From Psammoneis japonica (lineage: Eukaryota), in assembly GCA_008632985.1 (NCBI GenBank), contig QPGO01000156.1:1-64000 (forward strand): DNA of 64,000 nt, in the 5' to 3' direction. The translations under genes were made by a program, and so were the position numbers. This document shows positions 39,208 through 52,332 of this stretch, in pieces; the first letter of the stretch is position 1, and each line of letters begins with the position of its first letter. A model generated the notes under the pieces. That model did not search any database, had not been told where the DNA came from, and saw nothing but the letters and a program-made list of their open reading frames with translations.

Positions 39208-41229
39208 CTAGTGCGGATACACATAGTCGGGCGTCGCAACCGCTGTCGGCGTCCCGTCGACTACAAAAGACGCAAGCAGAATCCCAAGAATAATAACCAC
39301 AACTGTACCAAAAATAACAAATACGTAAGCTGGCACTTGGCTCTTCTAAGTTTCGACGGAAACAATTCAGAGAGTGAGAACGTGGTGGAAAGACACGCTA
39401 CAAGCACGACAACGAATGACTGCCTACCTGAATCTTCCACGGCTTTACCACCGTAATCTCGTCAGTTGAGACAGTGGATGATTCTGTAGAGGAGATAGAT
39501 CGAGCTTTGGAGGGAGAGCTACTACCAAACAGGCTCCTGGCCTTTGATGGAGTCTTTGCCACGGAGGTTGAGACCGCCACGCTAGCAGATTCCACGACAT
39601 CAGTCACACCGCCCACACCCTTGACGACCCCTGGAATCTCAACGTCAATCAATTTATCCAGCTTGTTCATAGCCGTCCGATCCAACTGCGGGAAAATGGA
39701 AAAGTCCTCAAACGCCTCGAGGCACTTTCGAAATTGATCTACTTTTGGCATGTCGCCTCTCGAAAGGTTGTATTTGTTCTCAACAACATTGAATATTTGA
39801 TCCAGCTTCTTGAGAACATTCGCCCTTGCTGTTTCCTTGCCGTACCAGCGCGGCATTTGTTGACGAATGTATCCCAACAGACACATGTGCACCTTGACAA
39901 GGCGAATACGCTTCACCAACGCATTCACCTTGCGCTCAACAGATACCTCTCTTAAGTTGATGAGTTCGTTGATTAGATTCCATTCGTCTCTCTCAAACAT
40001 TTTCTCGTAGTCATCATGGACAAGAGGCTCATCCCAGTATGAACCGGTGTACACCCTCACCACTTCGGGAGTGTTGAACAACTTTCCCATGCTCCACATT
40101 AGCGATCCATAAACCCTTACGAGTTCCTCACGGTCAATGCAGTCCGCCTTGTTCAAGACACACCTGATTTTATCGTCATTGTGCGGCTTGATCGTGGCAA
40201 CCACTTCCTTCAATTCATCACTGATATCCAGCTTGTGCGCATCAAACAGTAGCAAAATGAGATCGCTCCGATCCGCAAACCACCGTGTCACCTGAGCAAA
40301 CTCATATTCACGATTGAGACGCTGCTTTTCACCCGAAAGCACTCCTGGAGTATCGATTAGATTTAAATTGTGAAGCAAGGGTGCGGGAGAGACACTTCCT
40401 TCAAAGTTTTGTAGAAATGCCGATCCAAACTGAGAAAGGGAGGCAAATGGTAGTTCTGGCGTGACGGTCAGCGTGTTGCCCTTTACAATTTTTCCATGCA
40501 TCATCAAATCAGTATCTGACTGTGAAACTACACCCGAATCCTCGGCTGTATTACCAGTAATGCCATTTTCGGTTCCATGCACTAGAGCAACGAACCTGTC
40601 AGTCGTTGGCTCTGGTCCAATGTGCATTCCTGGAAAATCTTGCCCTCCCAACAAGTGGCGAATAAACGAGGTCTGAAAAGGAAGAGAGGAAATACAAAGC
40701 AGAACTGAAATGAGTTGAAATCATGGATCTTTCGTTTTGGTTTTCACCGGGTCTAACCTGACTCGAAGAAAGTGTGTTTTGTCCGGAAACATACCTTTCC
40801 GGTGCTGTATTGGCCGAGAAGAAGCACCATGGGACGAGAATCAAACTCCGCGTCTCGGATCTCTCCATTTGTTGGTAGACAAAAAGAATGAAGAAAGTAC
40901 CGTTTCTCCACTGGAAGGACGGTAGACTTGTACATTTGTTTTAGCTGGGACACAAGGAGCCGGGAAGCCTTTTCTGCCTCTGTTGACCTTGTCTTGTATA
41001 GATCCAGAATGCTCTTTTTCCGGCTTTTCGTTTTAGGCGAAAGATCATTATTCAACTCTCGCTTTGTAGACACATTTTCTTTATCGTCTCCAACAATACC
41101 AATGTTATCAAACGAAGCGACATGCTCTCCAGTGGCATCCACTAAATCGCCAACTCCAGAGAATCGGGTCGAGAGACTTTCATTATCAGCCTCATTTTCG
41201 ATCATTTTGCTTGCGCGAACACAATTCAA
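39208..41229 (-). CDS. EHD-family (dynamin-like) ATPase; introns 40673-40794 and 39346-39427; C-terminal TM; no EH domain
   Basis: PMVLLLGQYSTGK/TSFIRHLL, IGPEPTTDRF, IDTPGVLSGEKQR, LFDAHKLDISDE, VLNKAD, RVYGSLMWS, VRVYTGSYW. Confidence 0.9.
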
Positions 41230-41771
41230 GCTTATATTGGAATGCGATAGGGGGGGAAATCAAGGGATTACGGGTAGCAAGAGCAGAGATGAAAACGTAA
41301 AGAAGAAGGATGATTCTGATCGACAAGTGTCGCAAAGCCCATATCACTCAACAATCAACAAGTTCAAAGTAGTGATGTTTTGTGACTGGAAATCACGCGT
41401 ATGTAGCGGCATGTTTGGCGATATGGCGCAACGGTTCTTATATAACTGTATCATCACTTATAAAATATATCAATAAGTTTAATGCTATACATTAGGATGA
41501 TTAAATAGTAAGAATTATTATAACTATCCATATTTTTAGGAAATATTGGTCTACAGTACTATTAACAATGCAGTACATTATTTATATTTTATAAATATTT
41601 AATGCATATGTATACATATATTTTTCCCGCGCGTACGTACGTCAGTCACGAAATCTTCTTCGAGGGCGGATCCGGCGGCATCAAAATGGCGGTCGCGATC
41701 GACGCTCATCAAGCTCATTTCAATCAACGCCACCACCACCACACGCCCAGTAGAAACATCACATTATCATC

Positions 41772-42152
41772 ATGGTTTGGATGAATGGAATGGGACGCAC
41801 TAGCATCATGTGCTTTTTGGCGTCCAACACCCGCCGCGGCATTTCGTCGAGGACAAGGGCATTGCAAGCTACCAATTACCTCTTGACCTATGATTACATT
41901 CCCGACGTGTTGGAAAAACGTGGTCCTTTTCGAGAAGAGCACTTAAATTTGGCCAAGGATCTTGTGGGAAAAGGCAAATGCCTGTCGGGCGGACCAAAAG
42001 GAGAACCAGGCATGCAAGTGCCAACCGGGGCGCTGTTTGTGTTTACAGACGAAGCGACTGCCAAAGAATTTGTCGAACAAGACCCGTATGTGGCGAATGG
42101 AATTGTAACGGGACATAGTATTGAAGAGTGGAATGTTGTGATTGAAAAATAA
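41772..42152 (+). CDS. YCII-related domain protein with N-terminal transit-like extension
   Basis: YDYIPDVLEKRGPFREEHL, GALFVF, FVEQDPYVANGIV..IEEW. Confidence 0.85.
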   Translation: MVWMNGMGRTSIMCFLASNTRRGISSRTRALQATNYLLTYDYIPDVLEKRGPFREEHLNLAKDLVGKGKCLSGGPKGEPGMQVPTGALFVFTDEATAKEFVEQDPYVANGIVTGHSIEEWNVVIEK

Positions 42153-42599
42153 GAAAAGACGAAAGTCTGGAGTTCGAACAAAGATGGCATGTTGCATGCT
42201 GCCGAAAAATTTTCAATTGGAAACGAACGTTTCGACCTTTCTGAATTAATTCTTGGTATGGCTTTGAAATTGAGTTGCTAGTAAAGTTGGTTAGTAACGT
42301 AAACGGATAAGAGTCAATCGACGAGTCGATCGATTTCATTGGCGCCATGTTGTTCAAATTCATCGATCAGGAATTGCCACATGTCTGAGCCTGACCTTGC
42401 CGGTAGCAAGGAGTTTCTTGCTCTCTAATAAGTATGGCGAATAGTGCCGTATGTCAAGTATCAAGGCATCGCGCTGAAATAATTAGACTAGCCCTACATC
42501 ATTGTGGTAACCTGAACTTGCCGGTAGAAGAAAGCGGCTCCGTATGTGTTGTACCGGTAGGTGTCTTTCACATTGAGTTAGAGAAAACTGCTGAGATGT

Positions 42600-45060
42600 C
42601 GACGGAGCACAGGAACTGGAAGGTCCAAGCCCAAAGGACAATCTGTGATGGTCGGCATTGGTGATGATGTGAGTGCACTTGATGTTGAGGTCATGGCACT
42701 CAGTTGCAACACAGTCGTGAGTGCACATTGGAATCAGCAGGTGACAGTGACTGACGAGGACTGTCTGTTGGATCTGGCAACGAGGAAGGCAAACTCGATG
42801 TTGTGGTGCAGAACTCGGCCACAACACCATTGTGGGAGCATTGGAGGAGTTGATGGGTGCCAGGGACAGCTGCAGGTCATTGGATGGTGCTGGGGACAAT
42901 GAAGGTAAACTCGATGTGGAGGGCACAGCACTTGGCCACAATGCGGTCATGGGTGCATTGGAGTCGACAGGTGCCAATGACAGCCAGGACTGTCAGTCAG
43001 TGCCAGCAACAAGGAAAGCAAAATGTGTGTCAATGGCACTGCACTTGGCTGCAGCAGTCATGGGTGAATTGGAATGGCTGGTGCCTGTGACACTTGAGGA
43101 CTCTCCAGCACATCAGCAATGGGGAGACAATGAAGGTGAGCACCAACGTTCTTGAGGGCACCAGAGTGCCTCCTGTCACACTCAGAGCTGCAGTGCATGG
43201 TCATGGATGCATTGGTGCTGGTTTGCCCATGGAAGCTGATGAGTGCTTTTTGTCAGCACTGGCAACAGCAATGGCATGCTTGAGATCAAGCGCGATGCAC
43301 TTCTTGACATCAAGATGCTCACAGGGGCACCAAATGTGTTGGAAGGTGCCTTTTTGATGCCTGGGGTTTTTGGTTGGTGGCGCAAGTGACAATGACAGTG
43401 CATTTGACATTGAGGGCATCACACTTGGCCTCAATGACAAGGTGGTCATTGTGGGGACTGTGGAAGTCAAAAGCAACTGCGATGGTTGAGGGCTGACAGC
43501 CCGCAATGCTGGCTGCATGTTGGTGCAGCCAACTTGGCCTGGGCGAAGCCAACTCAGCATCAATGCAGCAGCAAGTCTGTTGGACATGGGTGGAGGTGTC
43601 AACATTGACAAACTCTCAGAAGGGACATTTGCAGCTGTGATCGTTTGCACTGGGCATTGTGGAATGCACAGGTGTGGTTGGTGCTGTTGCAAGTTGCAGT
43701 GGCATCAGCTCACATTCTTGGACAAACCCAGAAACAGCACTTTTTTGTGTTTGAGGTGCTGGGGGAGATGTGCTGGCAGATGGACTTGCTTGCTTGCTTG
43801 TCAGGAGGGGCGCCACCAGCACCAGTTTGTTGTGTTGTTGTGTTGAAAGAAGCTGCTGATGCTGCAGGAGCCAGTGTCCTCATGGCAGAAAAAGGAGCCT
43901 CCAATGACATGCAGCAGGGTGCGTGAGAACTTGTGGGCACTTGCAATGTTGTTGGAGTGCCAGACATCACAGGCAGCACCAACGGGCATGCCAACAAATT
44001 AGCACAGGTGGCATGGAAAGAGCCGCTGGTGTGCAAACAATGTCTGGGGTTTCCTGGGCATGCAGCATCAGCTTCAAAAAAGGTGGTGCTTCCCACCAGG
44101 CCATTTTTTTGTAACAACAACAATGCAGAGGAGCAGAGAGAACATCAAGTCAGAGTGGAGTCATCAAAGCAAGAAAACAACAACCATGAGAAAAGCTTCC
44201 ACCCCAGCGGCCGCCTTGAAAGATGACACTTCACCCGTTGTCTCTGCTCATCACAACAGACACAATCTCCTGACGCTGCTAAAAAAAGAGGCTCTTTGAA
44301 TGCAGCTGTTTCTTTTCATGGGGGTGACTCTTGAGTGCTGGTGAAGTGCTCCCCATTGGCAAAAATGCAAGTGCCACTGGTGTTTGCACATTTGAGAGAG
44401 AGATCATCATCTCTTGTTGTTGCCAAGGTGGTGAAAAACATTGTCTGCAAAAATGTTGCCAACCAAATTTTCATCAAAGGGCACCAAGTCATCATCAATT
44501 TAAGGTGGCCAAATGTCAGAAATGCCAAAGTGGCATCAGGACAGAGCAAAAATGATGAGCTCTTGAATGCCTCAGTTGAGTTGGTGCGAGCACCAGCCTT
44601 GATGTTGTCTCTGGGAGGGTGCAAAGGTTGGTTCATCCAGGGAAGGTGGTGGCATCATCTGGCTGCAACTGTTTCACAAAGGCAGGTTCCATCTTTGTCT
44701 CATTTGAGTTGGTGCGAGCAGCTTTCATGTTTTCTCTTTGCGCGCAAAGGTTGGGGGTCATCCAGCCAGGAGGAGGGGTGGCCTTGTCACTCTCACAAGG
44801 CAACTGGGCTGAGGAAGCTGACAATGTGAGTGGCAGCAGCCAAAATTCACAATGACAGCAATGGCAGAAACTCTCGCTGCTGGGGTTTTGCTCTCAAGGT
44901 CCTTGTGCGGCTGACTCTGCTGGGGGGGTCTCTGTCTTGACTCGTCTGTCACAGAGAACACTGAGCAACACCTGCCTCTTCCTTTCCCACACACAAGGAC
45001 TGACAATGGCAGCTTCAGTCCCACTCTCTCTCAAGACATCATGTCTAAAGGTGTGCCATC
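42600..45060 (-). pseudogene. TpA-depleted relic of a Pro/Ser/Thr-repeat, probably single-pass, host-type protein gene
   Basis: Minus-strand fragments such as APVDSNAPMTALWPSAVPSTSSLPSLSPAPS recur; hydrophobic stretch near 44110-44190; no intact frame. Confidence 0.45.
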
Positions 45061-45455
45061 TGTTCAGATGACAGCACCAGTCTACAGCGAGCTGATCGGT
45101 GTCGGTTCAGAAATGCCATTCATTCATTGGATGGGTTGCGGTCCCCGCGCGCTGATGGTCCCAAACTGACAACCGTGCGTTATCAACATTCAAACTTATT
45201 CAAGCAAGTATGCATGCCACTCTCTACTAGCAGTAGTTGTTCCCTCATTCTAGAGTAGAACGCAACACCCAACACGCACACCCAACCAACACTACAGTAC
45301 ATACATTTTTCCAAAGGGTGGGACTGTAATGTAACAACCCCCTCGTCTAATCTCACCGGTCTTGTTCGGCCTAAAGTACAGTGGTTGGCTTCTGCTGATT
45401 GGTTGAAGGTAATTTGCTGTATAACAATTGTCCAGTCTCCCCTACCGAGAACAAA

Positions 45456-47508
45456 ATGGGCAAAAAGTCTCGCCGCGCTCGGCCGGCAAAGCAGCAACAA
45501 GCGAAGCCGCCAACGAAACTGGAAATGTTGCTCAGTCTCATGGAAACTACAGCGAGGGCGAGAGGAGACGAAGGGGCCAAACAAGATGAGAAAATACGAA
45601 AGGAGAAAGTAAAGGATCGCCTGGAGAATCCAACTGAGACCCAGAAGATTATCGATCAGATGTCGTTTGAAAATTCACTGGAGCAGCAACGTGCGTTGCT
45701 CCGATCCTTGTTTTCGAAACACGGTATCGACTGGAAATCGTACGAGCGAGATCCGTACGGTGACGGGGATCAGTCTAGATTGGACGCTGAATGGTTTGGA
45801 AGTGATATGCACGAAGTCATATACTATAAAAACTTTGACTTTCGGCACTCCTTTGCTGAAGCAGAGGCCCTCGGCGTTAAGACTCGAGGGAAAGCCGTTG
45901 ATTCTGAAGTGCTGAGTCACTTTACACAGGTTCTTGGGATCAGTTCCGACTCTTTCCATTCGGTGGTTGCTAAGATCGACAGCGAATTGGATAGAAGGGG
46001 AATGTCAAGGTTTGCTTACTTTTGCTCGCTTCCCGATGCCAAAAAGGTCGAGGAGATCATCCAGGAAACCACAAGTCCAGGATCCGAAGAACGGAAACGA
46101 CTTCTTGAACGGAGAGAGACCACCTTTCGTCTTACCCCCCTGATGGTGGCAGTTTCCAGTTATCAGATGCTCAAGGATGGGATGGATACGTGTGGATTTC
46201 CCGATGTAGTTCGCGTCTTACTCATGTATGGAGCGAATCCATTTGCCCGTGACATCATTGGCCAAACCGTTATTCACTACGCCACGGATCCAAGGTTTGC
46301 TAGGGCACCAAGGATTGCAAGAGCACTGGAGATGGCACAGATGTGCTTGGATGCAAGTCACAAGTACAGCTTGATCCACCAGACAGTCACCTTGAGATAC
46401 CTGTCGAAAGCCGAGCTGAATGGAGCAAAAGGGTATTGCGGGGGATTCGACACCGTCTCTGGTCGGTACATCATTTACCTTTCCAAGGAAGATGGGACAT
46501 TGAAGAATATGCGCACCTCAATCAAACCAGAAAATGTGATGATTGCCTGTGAAGGTACCAAAAGCAACCCATGTGGCCGGCTTGTAGACTTCGAAACGCG
46601 TTCAGGTGGAACGGCTTTGTTGGCAGTAGCGATGGACGGAAAGCAAGCCGACATCGCCTCATTTCTCATCAAGAATAATGCTAGTATTGACATAGAACAA
46701 GGCAGACTATCACCTCGATCGCTAGCCACAGATGGTGATCAGCAAGTGGCTGTCCAATCTTTACATCTTGATGGACGACCTGTAGATGCCGTCATACGAA
46801 GGAAAATTGCCAAACTTGAAAAAAAGACCCAGGCCAGCGTGACTATGAATGAAAATGCTTGCGTTTTGTGCGGGCGTAAAGGAGAAACGTTTGCTTGTGG
46901 ATGGTGCGCTGGAGTATGGTACTGCGGCGATTCATGCCAACGGAAGGTAACAAAGCTGTCGACGGAGGTCAAATCGCTTTATCATTATTCTGTATGTATG
47001 TATGTATCCTCACTTGCATTGTCCGTTTGGCTTCTTGCAGCACTGGAAAGAACACAAAGCTGACTGCAAAAAGACCAGAAACATCCTGCTCGGGCCACCG
47101 ACGGAGTTTGAACTCAAACCGGACCTTTTATCATTTTGCTTTTATCAAGTAGAGAATAGAGATCTGGATTCGGTGGAAGGTGGGTACAACCCACCTTCTG
47201 GTTACGACTTACAGGAACGATTTTGGCTCAAAGTGACAGCAAATGCAGACAATTATCTGTTGTGTTATGATAGAAGCAAAACTTGCTGCTTTGTAATTCT
47301 GAATGGATCCGAAGGCTTTCAGGAAGTCTTTGATTTGGTTCACCCCAATTACGAACCAGCGTACCAGAAAATGAACCGCGATGCCTCCCTCGGACGTCGA
47401 CGCAGCGCAACTCCATTTCTGAAGTGTCTCCACTTTACTGCCAAGTTCACTGAAGATGGTACGTGCCTAATTTTTCCAAAGTCAGCACGAATAAAGGGAA
47501 GCTTCTGA
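45456..47508 (+). CDS. Ankyrin-repeat plus MYND zinc-finger protein; intron 46947-47040
   Basis: LTPLMVAV, LLMYGANPFARDIIGQTVIHYA, CVLCG..CGWCAGVWYCGDSCQRK/HWKEHKADC. Confidence 0.88.
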
Positions 47509-47542
47509 TGGGATACTGCATGAACAAAGATGTGAATTTACT

Positions 47543-47880
47543 GGTACCGTACCAGGGTACTGTGATGATAGGCCCCACCATGCCGTACTGCATCCTTAGA
47601 AGCAAGTCGTTGCGGTTGCTTCACCAGTCTCAGGAACCTCTCTCTACTCTAGGAGTAGAGATTAGAGTGCCTCTCTCTCTAGAGTAGCTACTCTCTAGCT
47701 AGAGAGAGCTCTCTACTCTAACTACTCTACTCTAGAGGCTACGGTAGCTAGACTAGAGAGCGAAGAAAGCGATTAATGATGCATGATGCTCTCTACTAGA
47801 GAGTAGAGAGCTACAGTACCGGTACGTAGTTGCCGGTGCTGTACCGGTACGGTAGTATGAATAGGCCCACCTACCGTACC
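47543..47880. repeat. TAG/CTA/TAC-rich low-complexity intergenic tract; similar tracts at 11845-12005, 19730-19860, 36195-36310 and 52010-52085
   Basis: Built from CTCTCTAG, TAGCTA, TAGAGAG and TACCGGTA words. Confidence 0.75.
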
Positions 47881-48019
47881 ACTGTCAGACATTCGGTAAC
47901 GCTTAGTACAAACTAAAGTAAATCCTACATACGCAACTCTCTACGTCATTCTTCGGTACATTCCAACGGTCCAACGCTCCCTCCTCCCACCTCCCACCAC
48001 AACATTGCACAGCAACACC

Positions 48020-51000
48020 ATGGCGGACGCCAACGTTGCCGAGCGGTCCTCCATAGAGGTCCGCTCTCTACTCCACAAACTCCACCCCAAAGTTAAAGAC
48101 GGTGGTCATAAGGAACGAGTCCGTCGGTTGGCACGTTTTCGTAACTACGTGAGTGGATCGCGAAACAAAACAACACCCGAGTTTTACGACGATGATTTGG
48201 CCTTGTTATTCATGGGCTCGAAAGCCCCGTCTGCCATTTTGGATGAGGAACTGGTCGGATTGAATCTCTATGGATTGCTGCAAGCGTGTGGGACACCGTC
48301 AGAGGATCACGCGGGTGAATTGAAACGATCTGCAAAGAACGCAATGACGCTAGTCAAGTACCTAGTGATTGATCACGTGGACTATACCGACGGAAAGCCT
48401 CTTACAGACCCAAACAAGGAGCCCCGAGAATTGAATGGCTTTGCTGTGGCACTCTGTAGTTGTAGTGCAGATCATTTAAAGAGTGCCAGTTTTGAACTCC
48501 ATCTGGCGGGGGATAAGCGCGGTGGAGCGCCTGAGGATGCCTGTCAGGTGCTTGTGCTTTTGTTGACACAGCATTTGGGAGAAGACGGAGAATCGCCACA
48601 GCCACTGCCATTGGAAACGCTCTTGCCATCGAAGCAAGCGCAACAAGTGTTTAGCCAGTGGTTGTCTCGAAATGCCAGTCGCAGTGATCAACAGGCTGTA
48701 AAAGCCGCTCTGGCGGCTGCCACCCCGAAGAAAAAGTCTCCCTCCAAGCAAGACGGTGCCGACGAGGATGACGACGACGACGATGCCAACCTCTTTAAAC
48801 GCAAGAAGGCGCGCCCGAAAACAGAAGAGGCCATGGGTCAGGCTGAAAACCGTGACCAAGCCTTGGAAACCATGGGTTACGATTTGCTCAACATCTCAGA
48901 AAGCAACCGCATGGCGTCTGGTCCCGCCATGCGGTGGGAAGACTCCAAGGTGTATCGAGCACAACAGGCACGCAAGAATGCGGCTGAAAAGGAGGGAAGC
49001 GATTTTCAGACGTTACGAGAACTTGAAGAAGTCGCAGCCGAGCAGCAGCGTATGGAAGAGGAGAAGAAAAAGATGCATTCCCGAGATCCACTTGGCATTC
49101 GTAAGGATGAATTTGATTTGCGCAAGGTTCAGTCGAGACGAGTTAAATTGTTGGAACAAGCCGTCAAAGATTTAGAAGAGCAAATGCAAGAAGAGGAGAA
49201 CTTGGAAGAGCAAAATACAGAGACTGCGCAGCATTTGACGAATCTTGCGGCGCAGAAGGAATCCCTAGAGATGTTGTTGGATGGGTTAACGGGTCTCGAT
49301 AGCCAGAAACAGGGCAGCGCTGATGAAGGCGCACCGACTATCAATAGCCATGCGAATGGATCCGTACTGCCGACAGATCCCAATTTTGATCCTCTTCTGT
49401 TTCTGACTTTGGTTCACCGTAATGCCACGTTCTCGCAATTGTCAAAGGGCATTGACCGTCTCAGCCGTAAGTTTATGATCTTTCTTTCGTCCCCGTGATG
49501 TCTTCGCGAATACATTCATTCACTTCTCGCTATGTCTTTCGATTTGCTATTACAGACAAGACGGACGACCAGGCTCTCCAGTTGCAGAAGCTCGTTAGAG
49601 ACAATTTTGATCTCTTCCTTCGCTGTGCCGACGGCGTGGACTGTTTCAATGAACGTTCTGGTGGAAGGGAGCGAGCCATGGCACCTCGCTTGAATGACCT
49701 GGATGCCTTGGCAGAATCTTGCTCAGAGCAAGCCAGAAAGAGTTTTAAACCATTGCTAGATAATACAAACGAGGTCCGAAAAGTAAAAACGTCTTTGACG
49801 GTGTTAAACCGTGTCACGCCCATTCTCCAGGCTCCCGGCCTCATGCGGCATCATTTGGATAATGGGCGATTCTCACAAGCAATCAAGGAATACCGACGAG
49901 TGTTGGTGATTGATGATAATTGCAACATTGACTTGTTGAACCACGTAAAGGCCAAGGCAGAAGACGCTGCTCGAGACGCAAGGCGTGCTCTTGAATCAAG
50001 ACTTGCCAAAGAGAATGTGTCCCTTGGCAGTCTTTTGGATGGCATTCGTGATTTGAGAGAGCTGTTGGAGTTGGATGTACCGCCAGACCCGGATGAAAGC
50101 ATTAATGGGACGCCAGTCAAAACAAACGGCGAAGCGGCAGCCGAAGCTCCTCTCGGCCCTGGTGTCTTTGATGTGGGCGGCACCGTCATTAATTTCCGCG
50201 AGCATACACCTGCCATGTCTTGCATGTTACTTCAAGCTGCTCACTTTGCCTTGTTGGTCAATGCGACGATTGATCAGACTGAGAAAAGCACAGAACTAAT
50301 ATCTGAAGGCGAATCTCTGTCCAATCTACAGGCTGAAGGCTCTGCGGGACGAATGCTGTCGCCGGAAAAGTCCACTGATGCAAGCAAGATGAATGGTAGT
50401 GCGACGAATATGAACGGAAAAGGTGCGGGGAATCAATGGAAGTACGACGTGCTGGATGCACGTGTTATTGCGACAGTTCGTGCTGTCGATGTCGTTCGAG
50501 CGTGGTTACCGCGAATATTGCGCATTGGTGTTGCCGCCCACGAAGACGAGAAACGACGTGCTGCACGAGTAGGTGGCCTGAGAAAAGCGTCGACTGATAC
50601 GGTCAACGAGCTGTAAGTTTGCGCAAGCCTTATTTTTGCTGTCTTTTCTTTCAAGGCGTATACCTTACCACTTTTCGGCATTCTTTTGTATCGTTTCCTA
50701 ATCCAGAACTGCCTTTGAGGTTGTAATTACAAATTTGACTCCTTCACTTGCCCTCCTTGTTGAGCACGCTGCGTTTTGTGCGCTGGGCCTGACTAGTCGA
50801 GCTTCTGGTGCGGAAGTGAAAATGACCTTTGGTAAGCGAGCTCCCGAAAAGCTACGCAATCTCCTTCGGTCTCCCTTGCCACCATCGCAATCTGCGAAGT
50901 GCGCCAAGGAGTTGGCTGACTTGGTGGAAGTGATTGTAAATGGCTCCGCCACGGCAAACGGCCTCCGTCCCTCGGATCGAAAAGCTTCCTCTGGCTTTTC

Positions 51001-51973
51001 ACGGTTATCGCCTCTCGACGAAACCAAAGTGTTGGCTCAGGAATCAGTCATTGCGGTGGAACGAAGAAGCTGTATTTATGCGTTTGATGTGTGTGCTCGA
51101 AATTGCTCTGCCCGTGCATCCGGTAGCGGAAAGTTTGACGGAGAAGCGTTGCTTCAATGCCTTCAGAGCCTCTCGGAGGATCTTGCACGTCCCGAGGAGT
51201 GTGCGAGCGAGGTGGAAAAAGGCTGCGAGCTCGTGGTGCGACGTATTTGCGAAGGACTTGCTGGATATGTACGAGACCGCGGAGATGCGGCTAGGCTTCG
51301 CGCTGTTGCAGAATGCGCGGATGCATTCAATACAATTGTCGATGTCGTTCGTGAGGTGGGATACCTCACGGGTGGTAGAGTGGATGCTGTTGAAGAAGTC
51401 ATGATGGAAGACGTTCTTGGACTGGAGGGTGCCATGTTTGACGAGTTCCTGGACAATATCCGAATCAATGTGGATGCATGTACAAGAGTCGGGTGGTTGG
51501 ACGTGGACGACGGCTCCCAAGCCGGAGAACGGGATGCGGGCAACCTGCCAAATTTTCCTCCATACCTTTCAGCATCGCTGCTGGCGATTGTTCGATGCCG
51601 TGCTCAAGTGGAGAAAGCCCTTGGCGACAAGGTTCGCCGATCTGAAGGTGTATCATATCAGTTTCTAGCAATGTCGACAGCGGCCGACGGTGTGATTGAA
51701 GGCATTTGCGCCGAAGTCAAGGAACGAAAGCAGAAAATGAAGGTTCGACAAGCGGATCGAATGGCGAACGAGCTTCAGTTCTTAATGAACACTCTGAAGA
51801 ATTATCTGACAGATGAGACACTAGCCATGGTGGATACAACGCGTCGCTTGCTCTGTTCCAAGGCTGGTCGAGGCGGAGGAATCCAGGGCGATGGTCCAGA
51901 TGGACTTGCTGCCTTAGAAGAACTTGAACGGCTCGGGCGAGTGTATGTGCTCTGCCTTGGAGATACTACATGA
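48020..51973 (+). CDS. SEC5: Exocyst component Sec5/EXOC2 with long N-terminal extension; introns 49467-49555 and 50613-50706
   Basis: PTDPNFDPLLFLTLVHRNATF..L, LQKLVRDNFDLFLRC, FKPLLDN, AIKEYRR; splice phases join the three ORFs. Confidence 0.85.
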
Positions 51974-52332
51974 GTGAAGGTGCCTTTAGATTGTTTTAAA
52001 GCTAGTTATGCATCACTCTCTACTAGTAGGGTCGTACTCTCTAGTAGCTCTAGCTAGAGAGAGTAGAGAATGTGTTAGTCTACAGCACCATCAAATGCGT
52101 GACTTGATCCTTGATCATGACTTCCCGCGCGGCACACAGGTTCACCCGCGGGGCCATACATAGGGCCATACTGAGTTTGAATTGCCCTCTTGCGAACTCT
52201 GGTTGTCAATCGTCTACTTTTTTAGCCGTTGATTCTACGCGATCTTGAGTACATTTTCACCTAGAGGGGACATCTACAAACAGATACGCCACCTTCAACG
52301 CTCTTCATAGCCCATAATTTTGAGATTTGACG

